From Gaiellaceae bacterium (GTDB lineage Bacteria; Actinomycetota; Thermoleophilia; Gaiellales; Gaiellaceae), in the NCBI GenBank assembly GCA_036265535.1, contig DATAOV010000001.1:40582-104581 (forward strand): a stretch of DNA of 64,000 nucleotides, read 5' to 3'. A program made the position numbers and the translations under genes. The notes under the pieces were generated by a model. The model was not told the origin of the DNA. It saw only the letters and a list, made by a program, of their open reading frames with translations, and did no database searches. Of this stretch, positions 40,664 to 47,743 are shown one piece after another; the first letter of the stretch is position 1; each line of letters begins with the position of its first letter.

Positions 40664-41838
40664 GCAGAAGATCGTACTTCGGCCAGCCGCCGCTCCAGGA
40701 AGGCGCGTTCCTGCGGCTGCGCCGCGAGCTCGAGCGCCCGCCTATAGGCCGCGGCCGCCTCGCCGCTGCGGCCGAGCCGGCGCAGGAGGTCGGCGCGGGC
40801 CGAGTGCAGGTGTCGGTAGCGGTCGAGCCCGTCGATGCCGTCGATCAGCTCGAGCCCGCGCTCCGGTCCCTCGGCCATGGCGACCGCGACGGCACGGTTC
40901 AGCTGTACCACAGGAGTCGGCGTAAAGCAGGCGAGCCGTCCGTAGAGCGCTGCGATCTGCGGCCAGTCGGTCTCGTCCTCGAGGTGGAGCGAGGCAATCG
41001 CCGCCTGCAGCTGGTACGGCCCCGGCTTGCGCAGCGGCAGCGCTCGCTCGAGCACGCGTCGTCCCTCCTCGATGCGCTTCTCGTCCCAGAGCGCTCGGTT
41101 CTGGTCGGACAGCAGCACGAGGTGGCCGTCGTCGTCCAGCCGCGCGTCGCGGCGCGCGTCATGCAGCAGTATCAGCGACAGGAGCCCGAGAGTCTCCGGC
41201 TCGTCGGGCATCAGGAGCACGAGCACCTTCGCGAGCCTGATCGCCTCCTCGCAGAGATCGGCGCGCGGCGGTGGCCCGTAGCCCTCGTTGAAGATCAGGT
41301 AGAGCACTGCGAGCACCGCGCCGAGGCGCTCCGGCAGCAGGTGATCGGACGGCACGCGGAACGGGATCCCCGCCGCGCGGATCTTCCGCTTGGCGCGGAC
41401 GAGGCGCTGGGCCATCGCCGGTTCGGGAACGAGGAATGCGCGCGCGATCTCCTCGGTGCTGAGCCCGCCCAGGGCGCGAAGGGTCAACGCCACCTGCGCA
41501 TCGGTCGAGAGCGCCGGATGGCAGCACGCGAACATCAGGCTCAAGCGCTCGTCGGGAATGGGGTCTGCCTCCTTCGTCTCTGTCGGCTCGAGTGCGGCGA
41601 GCAACTCGGTCTTGCGCGCGAGCGTCCGCTCCCTCCTGATCCGGTCGATCGCCCGGTTGCGTGCCGTCGTCAGCAGCCACGCCCCGGGGTTGGCGGGGGC
41701 GCCGTCGCGGGGCCAGCGTTCCAGCGCCGTCGCGAAGGCCTCCTGCACGGCATCCTCGGCGAGCTCGACGTCGCCGAGCGTGCGGGCGAGGATCGCGAGC
41801 GTGCGCCCCCACTCTTCCCGGAAGACGGCTTCGACTAT
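40660..41838 (-). CDS. ECF42-type sigma factor with C-terminal TPR-like extension; start codon unresolved
   Basis: Sigma-2 [30 protein letters not shown], sigma-4 [31 protein letters not shown], and a long helical C-terminal domain. The upstream neighbour is a YciI/DGPF protein. There is no ATG/GTG/TTG between the yciI stop and region 2. Confidence 0.85.
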   Translation of the reverse strand: MVEAVFREEWGRTLAILARTLGDVELAEDAVQEAFATALERWPRDGAPANPGAWLLTTARNRAIDRIRRERTLARKTELLAALEPTETKEADPIPDERLSLMFACCHPALSTDAQVALTLRALGGLSTEEIARAFLVPEPAMAQRLVRAKRKIRAAGIPFRVPSDHLLPERLGAVLAVLYLIFNEGYGPPPRADLCEEAIRLAKVLVLLMPDEPETLGLLSLILLHDARRDARLDDDGHLVLLSDQNRALWDEKRIEEGRRVLERALPLRKPGPYQLQAAIASLHLEDETDWPQIAALYGRLACFTPTPVVQLNRAVAVAMAEGPERGLELIDGIDGLDRYRHLHSARADLLRRLGRSGEAAAAYRRALELAAQPQERAFLERRLAEVRSSA

Positions 41839-42197
41839 GAGCCGTCCTCCTCGAAGACCATCACCGGCCTCACCTCGACCGAGCCGTGGCGAGCGCCCGG
41901 GATCTTGGCCGCCCAGCCGATCGCCTCGTCGAGCGAGTCGGCCTCGATCAGGTAGTAGCCGCCGAGCTGCTCCTTGGTCTCGGCGAAGGGGCCGTCGGTC
42001 GTCAGCACCTCGTCGTTCTGGACGCGCACGGTGGTCGCGGTCTCCGTCGGCTCGAGCGCGTCGCCGGCGACCATGGCGCCGCTGTCCTGAAGCTCCTGCG
42101 TGAAGGCGCCGTAGGCCTGGAAGATCTGGCCGCGTTCCTCCTCGGTGCGGGTGTCCCACGAGCTCTGGTCGCCATAGATGAGCAGCATGTACTGCAT
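41835..42197 (-). CDS. YciI-family (DGPF) protein
   Basis: MQYMLLIYG...[26 protein letters not shown]. Strong SD AAGGAGGA before ATG 42197. Confidence 0.9.
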   Translation of the reverse strand: MQYMLLIYGDQSSWDTRTEEERGQIFQAYGAFTQELQDSGAMVAGDALEPTETATTVRVQNDEVLTTDGPFAETKEQLGGYYLIEADSLDEAIGWAAKIPGARHGSVEVRPVMVFEEDGS

Positions 42198-42400
42198 TGC
42201 GTCCTCCTTGGTCGTTGTGAGAGTACGACGAACGAGGCAGGCACGAATCGACCCGGTTCTACCGGGGGACGATGACGAGCCGATCGCCCTCCGCCTAGGC
42301 GCCGCGCCCAACGCAGGCAGCCGCTTCGTTTCCTTCACATCCGGACGCCACTCACCAAGACTCACCAACCAAACTGCCGATCGATCGCGCGCTCTCCGGT

Positions 42401-43906
42401 CTAGTCATGACAGGCGGTCGTGCCCGAGTCGGTGAATGTCTGCCCCGGCTCCGGCACGAACTGCCAGTCGTAGCTCGATGGATGCAGCGTCAGCTTGAGG
42501 ACGCCGAACGTGGTGTCGTTGCGTACCTCGCTGTTCGCGGCGGTCGTCACGAACGACGTGTGGTTGGCGCCCCCGGTTCCGACGATGAACTCGCGGATGC
42601 CCTGGACTTGGTCAACGACCCCGTTCGGCGTCTGGGGCGCGAAGCGCTCGTAGGTGTGGTCGTGCGCGCTCAGGATCAGGTCGGCGTCGTTGTCGTAGAG
42701 GAGCTGCCAGAACGGTCTCGAGTTGCCGTTCGCGCGTCCGCCGGAGCTGTAGAGCGGGATGTGCCAGTAGGCGAGCGTGCAGGTCGCCGGATGTGCGGCC
42801 AGATCGGCCGCCAGCCACCGCCCCTGCGGGCTCGTGGCCGAGCAACCGCCCGCGTCGCCGCAGTTCGAGTTGAGAGCGATGAGATGCCAGCTGCCGACGT
42901 CGTAGCTGTAGTAGCCCTGGCCCCTCTGCCCGGCGGCCGCGCCGAAGTACGTGAAATAGCCGTTGGCTCCCGCGTTCGCCGAATTGCAGTCCGTCCCACC
43001 GGAGGTCAGGTACTCGTGGTTGCCAACACTCGGGTGGGTGATCGATTTGAAGCCGCCCCAGCTGAGGTCGTAGGACCGGAGGAATGCGTTGTAGCCGCCG
43101 CAGTAGTACTGGTTGTCCCCGAGCGGCAGAACCGCGGCGGCACCGGTGTTCGCGATCAACTCCGAGGTCGCCCTCTGCCGGCACTCGTCGCTCGTGCCGT
43201 TTCCGCCGTTGAAGGACGAGTCGGAGGGATCGCAGGCGATGTCGCCGGCGGCCGCGATTACGGGGTCGGACGGAGGCGGTGAAGGCGGCGGAAGAGGCGG
43301 CGGAGGCGGCGGGAGAGGCGGCGGGGGACGAGTCGGCGCGGGAGCTCCCGGGGTCGATCGGCAGCGAAATCCCAGGATCGGATGAAGCTCGATCCCGTTC
43401 GAGGCGGCTCCGGCCTGTCCATGCCGGTGCTCGAAAAAGGCGACCCCGGTCACGACTGCGCTCTTGCAAAGACGTGCGGCAGTCCGCGCTTGTCGCATAT
43501 GGCGACGCCGCGTCGGCGTGGCCCGCTTCGTGCATGAAGACGAGGGCGCCTCGACGATCATGTGCGTTCCGCCGCGCCGAATGACCAGGCGAAGATCGGA
43601 GTCGGACTCCGTTCGGACGAGCGTCACGGCCGCTCTCACCCGGAAGACCTGCCGCTCGAACGGCAGGCGCGTACGAGGCAGTCTGCGTGGACGGCGACGA
43701 TTGATGAGGTAGGCGATCGTGGTACTCCGGAGCGGAAGGAGCCGTGGCCGGTCTGCGAGCGTCTTCACGGTCCCGCGTTCGGTGCTACACGCAAGGGTCG
43801 AGGAGAGGATGGGCTTGCTTGCTCCTGACGGGCCGGCAACGCGACCAGCCAGCACTGCGGCGACGGCCACGAGACCTACGATGACGTGCCTGCTCGGCCC
43901 CAGCAT
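42401..43906 (-). CDS. Secreted two-domain protein: N-terminal domain of unknown function, poly-Pro linker, calcineurin-like metallophosphoesterase domain
   Basis: Signal anchor MLGPSRHVIVGLVAVAAVLAG. Linker PPPPLPPPPPPLPPPSPPPS. MPE motifs AAGDIAC, LGDNQY, VGNHEY and SAHDHTYER. Start set to ATG 43906. Confidence 0.8.
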   Translation of the reverse strand: MLGPSRHVIVGLVAVAAVLAGRVAGPSGASKPILSSTLACSTERGTVKTLADRPRLLPLRSTTIAYLINRRRPRRLPRTRLPFERQVFRVRAAVTLVRTESDSDLRLVIRRGGTHMIVEAPSSSCTKRATPTRRRHMRQARTAARLCKSAVVTGVAFFEHRHGQAGAASNGIELHPILGFRCRSTPGAPAPTRPPPPLPPPPPPLPPPSPPPSDPVIAAAGDIACDPSDSSFNGGNGTSDECRQRATSELIANTGAAAVLPLGDNQYYCGGYNAFLRSYDLSWGGFKSITHPSVGNHEYLTSGGTDCNSANAGANGYFTYFGAAAGQRGQGYYSYDVGSWHLIALNSNCGDAGGCSATSPQGRWLAADLAAHPATCTLAYWHIPLYSSGGRANGNSRPFWQLLYDNDADLILSAHDHTYERFAPQTPNGVVDQVQGIREFIVGTGGANHTSFVTTAANSEVRNDTTFGVLKLTLHPSSYDWQFVPEPGQTFTDSGTTACHD

Positions 43907-44323
43907 CACTACCTTGGAATGAAGGATGTTTGCAATGGCCCGGCGCTTCCGCTGGCGACGCCGTTCGCCTGCTGTGGTGTCGTTTCTGCTCTTGCCGTCA
44001 CGTCCATGGCACCCCCGACCCTTGGTCGCTCCCGGTGCGTGAACCCCGTGGTGAGGAACCGGACCTGTAGCAGACAGTGACCGACCGGCCGCGTGCAGGC
44101 CTGCTTTCAACGCTGCGCACAAGCCCGCGCGGAAGACGAGCTGAGCCCGAGCAACACCGCGTGCACGACATCGTCCACCTTTGTTGCTCGCGTCCTGAGG
44201 GTCTCACTCGCTCAGTCCCCAGGTCAAGCGCTTCGCGAAGCAAATCCCGCATAAGCGCAACCTCCTCTCTCGACGCGACGCGGTGGCTCGACTCGCTCAA
44301 GACGTGGCCGCTCGGTCGGCGGG

Positions 44324-44836
44324 TTAGAGCGGCTGCGGTTGTCGTCGCTGCGGCCTCGACGCAGATGCTGCACAGCCGCAGCTGCTCAGGCTGCCGTTGA
44401 GGGTGTGTTCGAGTGCGTCCAGCTCGTGCTCGAGCTTTGCCTGCCGCTGCTGGAGCGCCTGCTGTTGCGCTTGGCCTTGTTCGTGTAGCTCTTGCTCGAG
44501 CTTGGACAGGCGACAGTGCAGCCGCGTCTCGTCGGCTTGCATTTCCTGTTGCTGCTGGTGGAGCTGCGCGAGCTGCTGGCGGTGTTCCTGGAGCTGCGCC
44601 TGCAGCTCTTCGAGCTGGCTGTGCAACTGGCGGCCGCCGAGGCGCAGCCAGCGGCGCCGTGAGGCGTCGCGGGCACCGCCGCCCGCGCGTTCACGGAGAG
44701 CGTGCCGGCGGGCGGCCAGCAGCAGGATCGCGGCCAGCATCGCTGCGACAGCAGCCGCCGCCAGCCGTGGCGCGGATGCGAGCGCCACGGCGCCCAGCGC
44801 CGAGGTGGGGAGTGCGGTGGCTGCGAGCGCTGGCAT
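44324..44836 (-). CDS. Membrane-anchored Gln-rich coiled-coil protein (170 aa)
   Basis: Ala-rich TM (AAAVAAMLAAILLLAA) followed by heptad-like QLEELQAQLQEHRQQLAQLHQQQQEMQ...LEQELHEQGQAQQQALQQRQAKLEHELDALE. Starts 11 nt after the upstream gene. Confidence 0.55.
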   Translation of the reverse strand: MPALAATALPTSALGAVALASAPRLAAAAVAAMLAAILLLAARRHALRERAGGGARDASRRRWLRLGGRQLHSQLEELQAQLQEHRQQLAQLHQQQQEMQADETRLHCRLSKLEQELHEQGQAQQQALQQRQAKLEHELDALEHTLNGSLSSCGCAASASRPQRRQPQPL

Positions 44837-44847
44837 CCGCTGTTCGG

Positions 44848-45660
44848 TCAGGCGTCCGTGAGCGTCTCGCTCAGCTCGCCAATCTTGGCTTTCACGGCGT
44901 CCAACCGCTGCCGCTCTTCCGCCAGCTGCCGCTCGAGGTGGGCGATCGTCGACTGGTCCTGACGGCGCTGCCCCTGCAGTTGCTCGAGTTCGCGGTGGCT
45001 CGCATCCAGCTCGGCCTGCGTCTGCTCGTGCTGGCGGAGCAGCTGCTCCGCACGGGCACGCAGCTCGGCCAGCCGCTCGCTCGCGAGCTCGAGCTCGCCC
45101 AGCAGCTGCTGGAGCGGCCGTTCCCGCTCCTCGGCCGCCACCGCGCCTGCGACGCCGACCATGACAGCAGCCTCGGCTCGCTCGCCCTCCCCGTCTCCCT
45201 CGAGCTGCTGGAACAGCCGCTCGAGCGTCGCCTCCGCCACCACCACGAACGCTACCTCGGCGCCCAGCTGCCCGCGCGCGGCCGTAAACCGCTCCTCGCT
45301 CGGCTCGGCAACCGCCACCAAGGCGGTGGCCCCGCCGCCCGTGATCGGGCACGCCCGCAGCTCAACCGCCCGCGCAGCCGCAAACCCAGGCGACAGCTGC
45401 CGCTTCGGCTGTGCCTCTGCATCGTCCAGAAACGGCAGCCGCCACTGGCGCGCCAATATGCGCGCGAGCCCGACCTGATCGATCAAGCCCTTCCGAACCA
45501 CCACCTCGCCCAACCGCTCCCCCGTCGCCAGCCCCTCCGCCAACGCCAGCTGCAACTGGTCCTCCGAGGCGACCCCCGCCTCCACTAGCAACGACACCAA
45601 CGACGGTCGCCGCTCCATCTCCTGCTCACCACTTGCACCGGCATACTCCTCAACCGCCAT
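44848..45660 (-). CDS. MshEN (T2SS-E N-terminal) domain protein fused to a C-terminal coiled coil; putative c-di-GMP receptor
   Basis: RLGEVVVRKGLIDQVGLARILARQ (45445-45516) matches the 24-residue MshEN motif at every defined position. It is preceded by a 5-residue spacer and a degenerate first copy (SLVSLLVEAGVASEDQLQLALAEG). C-terminal ELELASERLAELRARAEQLL...LERQLAEERQRLDAVKAKI. SD GGAGG lies 8 nt before ATG 45660. Confidence 0.7.
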   Translation of the reverse strand: MAVEEYAGASGEQEMERRPSLVSLLVEAGVASEDQLQLALAEGLATGERLGEVVVRKGLIDQVGLARILARQWRLPFLDDAEAQPKRQLSPGFAAARAVELRACPITGGGATALVAVAEPSEERFTAARGQLGAEVAFVVVAEATLERLFQQLEGDGEGERAEAAVMVGVAGAVAAEERERPLQQLLGELELASERLAELRARAEQLLRQHEQTQAELDASHRELEQLQGQRRQDQSTIAHLERQLAEERQRLDAVKAKIGELSETLTDA

Positions 45661-46007
45661 CAGCACGCCTCCTAGGCCGTAGACCACACCAGCTCAAGTT
45701 CGACAGCCAGCCGTCAATCCTTGAGCCCAATGGCAGGAGCGAGGCAGCCAGTGGCGAGTGCGTGCCGCGCCGCTGCACGTTGCCGTGCGGAGGCCGGCTT
45801 GCAAACGTACCTTTTCCACGCCCGGGGGCACGCGGGTCGTTTGAAGTCTGCCGACAGAAACGGCGAAGTTCCCGTCGTTCTTTGGGGACGGTTCACTCGC
45901 GCGAGGCATTAGGTACGTGGGCGGAGTCTCCGAAGACACCACTGCCGCACGACTAGCCGCAACCGTCTGTTCGCAGGCGGGGTCGTTTACAGAAAGGAAG
46001 ATGCCGC

Positions 46008-46124
46008 ATGTATGGTCACTCCCATTCGGGGATCGGCTCGCTGGTCCTGACCCTGGTCGCTTCCGCCAAGGGAGGCCTTGGCTATCTGGTCAAGGTGATC
46101 GCGCACGCGCAGAACGCGCACTGA
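46008..46124 (+). CDS. Possible 38-aa hydrophobic peptide immediately upstream of the GT2 gene
   Basis: MYGHSHSGIGSLVLTLVASAKGGLGYLVKVIAHAQNAH. SD-like AAGGAAG (45994-46000) lies 7 nt before ATG 46008, and the stop is 13 nt before the GT2 start. Too short for the ORF track. Confidence 0.3.
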   Translation: MYGHSHSGIGSLVLTLVASAKGGLGYLVKVIAHAQNAH

Positions 46125-46137
46125 CGCCGACTACGGT

Positions 46138-47238
46138 GTGAAGATCTCAGTTCTGATTCCCGCTCACAACGAAGCGGGCGTTCTACAAGAGTGCCTGGAC
46201 GCAGTGCTGAGTCAGACGCGGCCGGTAGATGAGATCGTCGTTGTCGCTGACTCGTGTACCGACAACACGACAGATGTCGCACGCGCCTACGGTGCTGTCG
46301 TCATCGAGACAGAGCAAGGCGGCAAGGCTGCCTCGCAGGACGTCGGTCTCCCGCATGTCACGGGCGATGTTCTCCTCTGCATCGACGCCGACACGATCAT
46401 CGCTGTCGACGTCGTCGAGAAGTTCGTAGCCGAACTGGAGGACGGCGCAGACGCGACCTGCGCGAACATGCTTCCAATGCCCCAGCAACGAGGCTTCTGG
46501 GTCGCTAACCGCCGGTTTGCCTATGCGCTCGGGAGATTCTGGTGGCGATGGTGCCAGGCTCAGGTTGGCCGGCTGATGGTTCTATCGGGCTGCGCGTACG
46601 CACTGCGAACCGAAACGGTTCGCGCGATCGGCGGCTTCCCCGGAAAGCTCATCACGTGTGACATGGATCTGACGTGGAGTTTGTACGACGCGGGCTATAA
46701 GACGACGTTCTGTCACAACGCGCTCGCGTATACCTACGACCCGGAAACGTTCACGGTCTATACCAAGCAGATGCGGAGGTGGGCGTCTGGCTTTTTCCAG
46801 AACTTCCAGAGCCACAACCGACAGGTGCTGAGATCTCCATCCGCGCTGCTCGTCGTCGGGTCACTTCTGTTCGACCTTCTGACCTTGCCGATCATGTATG
46901 TGGTCGCGCTCTTCTGGGTGATCCACGATCCGGGGACGATTCGGTGGCTCGGCGTCAGCATCGTGATCCACTTCGCGATCTCGCTGATCATCGTCACGCG
47001 GACGATCACGTGGAAGCAGGCGATCATTGGCTTTCCTTGCTACTGGATCGCGAACTGGTGGAACAAAGTGATCTACTTCTGGACCTTCATTCGTGAGTGG
47101 ATCCTCGGCCGCCACTACCACTCGTGGACGGGGCGTCAGGGTCGACCGACGGAGATCGCACCAATGAGCGTCGCCCGCAGGTATGGCCTCGCAGGAACCG
47201 GATTCCTGATGTTGGTCCCATTCCTCCTCCTGAAGTAA
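46138..47238 (+). CDS. Processive family-2 glycosyltransferase (PgaC/NodC/cellulose-synthase-like) with C-terminal TM bundle
   Basis: VLIPAHNE, ADSCTDNT, CIDADT (DxD), ITCDMDLTW (position of the TED motif), QMRRW (QxxRW), and about 4 C-terminal TM helices. G+C is visibly lower than in neighbouring genes. Confidence 0.85.
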   Translation: MKISVLIPAHNEAGVLQECLDAVLSQTRPVDEIVVVADSCTDNTTDVARAYGAVVIETEQGGKAASQDVGLPHVTGDVLLCIDADTIIAVDVVEKFVAELEDGADATCANMLPMPQQRGFWVANRRFAYALGRFWWRWCQAQVGRLMVLSGCAYALRTETVRAIGGFPGKLITCDMDLTWSLYDAGYKTTFCHNALAYTYDPETFTVYTKQMRRWASGFFQNFQSHNRQVLRSPSALLVVGSLLFDLLTLPIMYVVALFWVIHDPGTIRWLGVSIVIHFAISLIIVTRTITWKQAIIGFPCYWIANWWNKVIYFWTFIREWILGRHYHSWTGRQGRPTEIAPMSVARRYGLAGTGFLMLVPFLLLK

Positions 47239-47410
47239 TGGGAGGACACCCGCGCGCAACTCCCCGGGTGAGAAACGGTAAGGGCGAATCGCTCGCGGCG
47301 CCGTTGCAACGCTCCTGACCGGTGAGACTCCTCTCGGGCCAAGCGGAATGGAAGTCCCGCTCCGCGCGTTCGGTGCCATTCTTTGCATGGCTCTTCCACG
47401 GCGACCGCGG

Positions 47411-47734
47411 CTAGGGCAGGGTGCCGCTGTAGGCGTTGCAGGGCGTGCGGCGCTGCGCCGGCGCAAGACGCAAGAGCACGCTGGTTCCACGCGACACCGT
47501 GCTGCCGGCCGCGGGGCGCTGGCTCCTGACCGCCCAGATCGCCGCGGTGGCGCTGCAGCGCGCCGGCGACGGAACAAGCCCGGCCCGCCGGATCCGCCGT
47601 GCGGCAGCGCCCGGGGCCAGCCCCGTGACGTTCGGGACGCGTGTCGCCGGGATGGCGCTCGTCACGCCCGTGTCGACCTGAGCTGTCCCGAAGCCGGAAA
47701 AGAGCCCGAGGATGAGCAGCAGCAGGACGACCAC
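47411..47734 (-). CDS. Small membrane-anchored PASTA-domain protein
   Basis: TM MVVLLLLILGLFSGFG, then VPNVTGLAPGAAARRIRRAGLV...VRSQRPAAGSTVSRGTSVLL (PASTA-like). Starts 10 nt after the helicase stop. Confidence 0.6.
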   Translation of the reverse strand: MVVLLLLILGLFSGFGTAQVDTGVTSAIPATRVPNVTGLAPGAAARRIRRAGLVPSPARCSATAAIWAVRSQRPAAGSTVSRGTSVLLRLAPAQRRTPCNAYSGTLP

Positions 47735-47743
47735 AGGCAGACT

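Noticed and set aside
42350-42368. Direct repeat ACTCACCAA-g-ACTCACCAA upstream (minus-strand sense) of the yciI/ECF42 operon; also a GGAAAC...CGTT ECF-like promoter candidate nearby.
   Set aside because: Both are too short, and the spacing too uncertain, to separate from chance without promoter mapping or conservation data.
43268-43335. GGCGG-rich tandem-looking repeat.
   Set aside because: It is in frame within the phosphoesterase gene and encodes the poly-Pro linker. It is not an independent repeat element.
43998-44300. 100-aa minus-strand ORF in the gap between the phosphoesterase and the coiled-coil gene.
   Set aside because: Only the first ~28 residues look protein-like and the rest is low-complexity Arg/Ser/Gly. 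It is kept only as a possible gene remnant in the findings.
45917-46141. 74-aa track ORF overlapping the GT2 start.
   Set aside because: Arg/Pro/Gly-rich, with no RBS at its start. The alternative frame gives a hydrophobic 38-aa ORF with an SD, which I consider more plausible though still weak.
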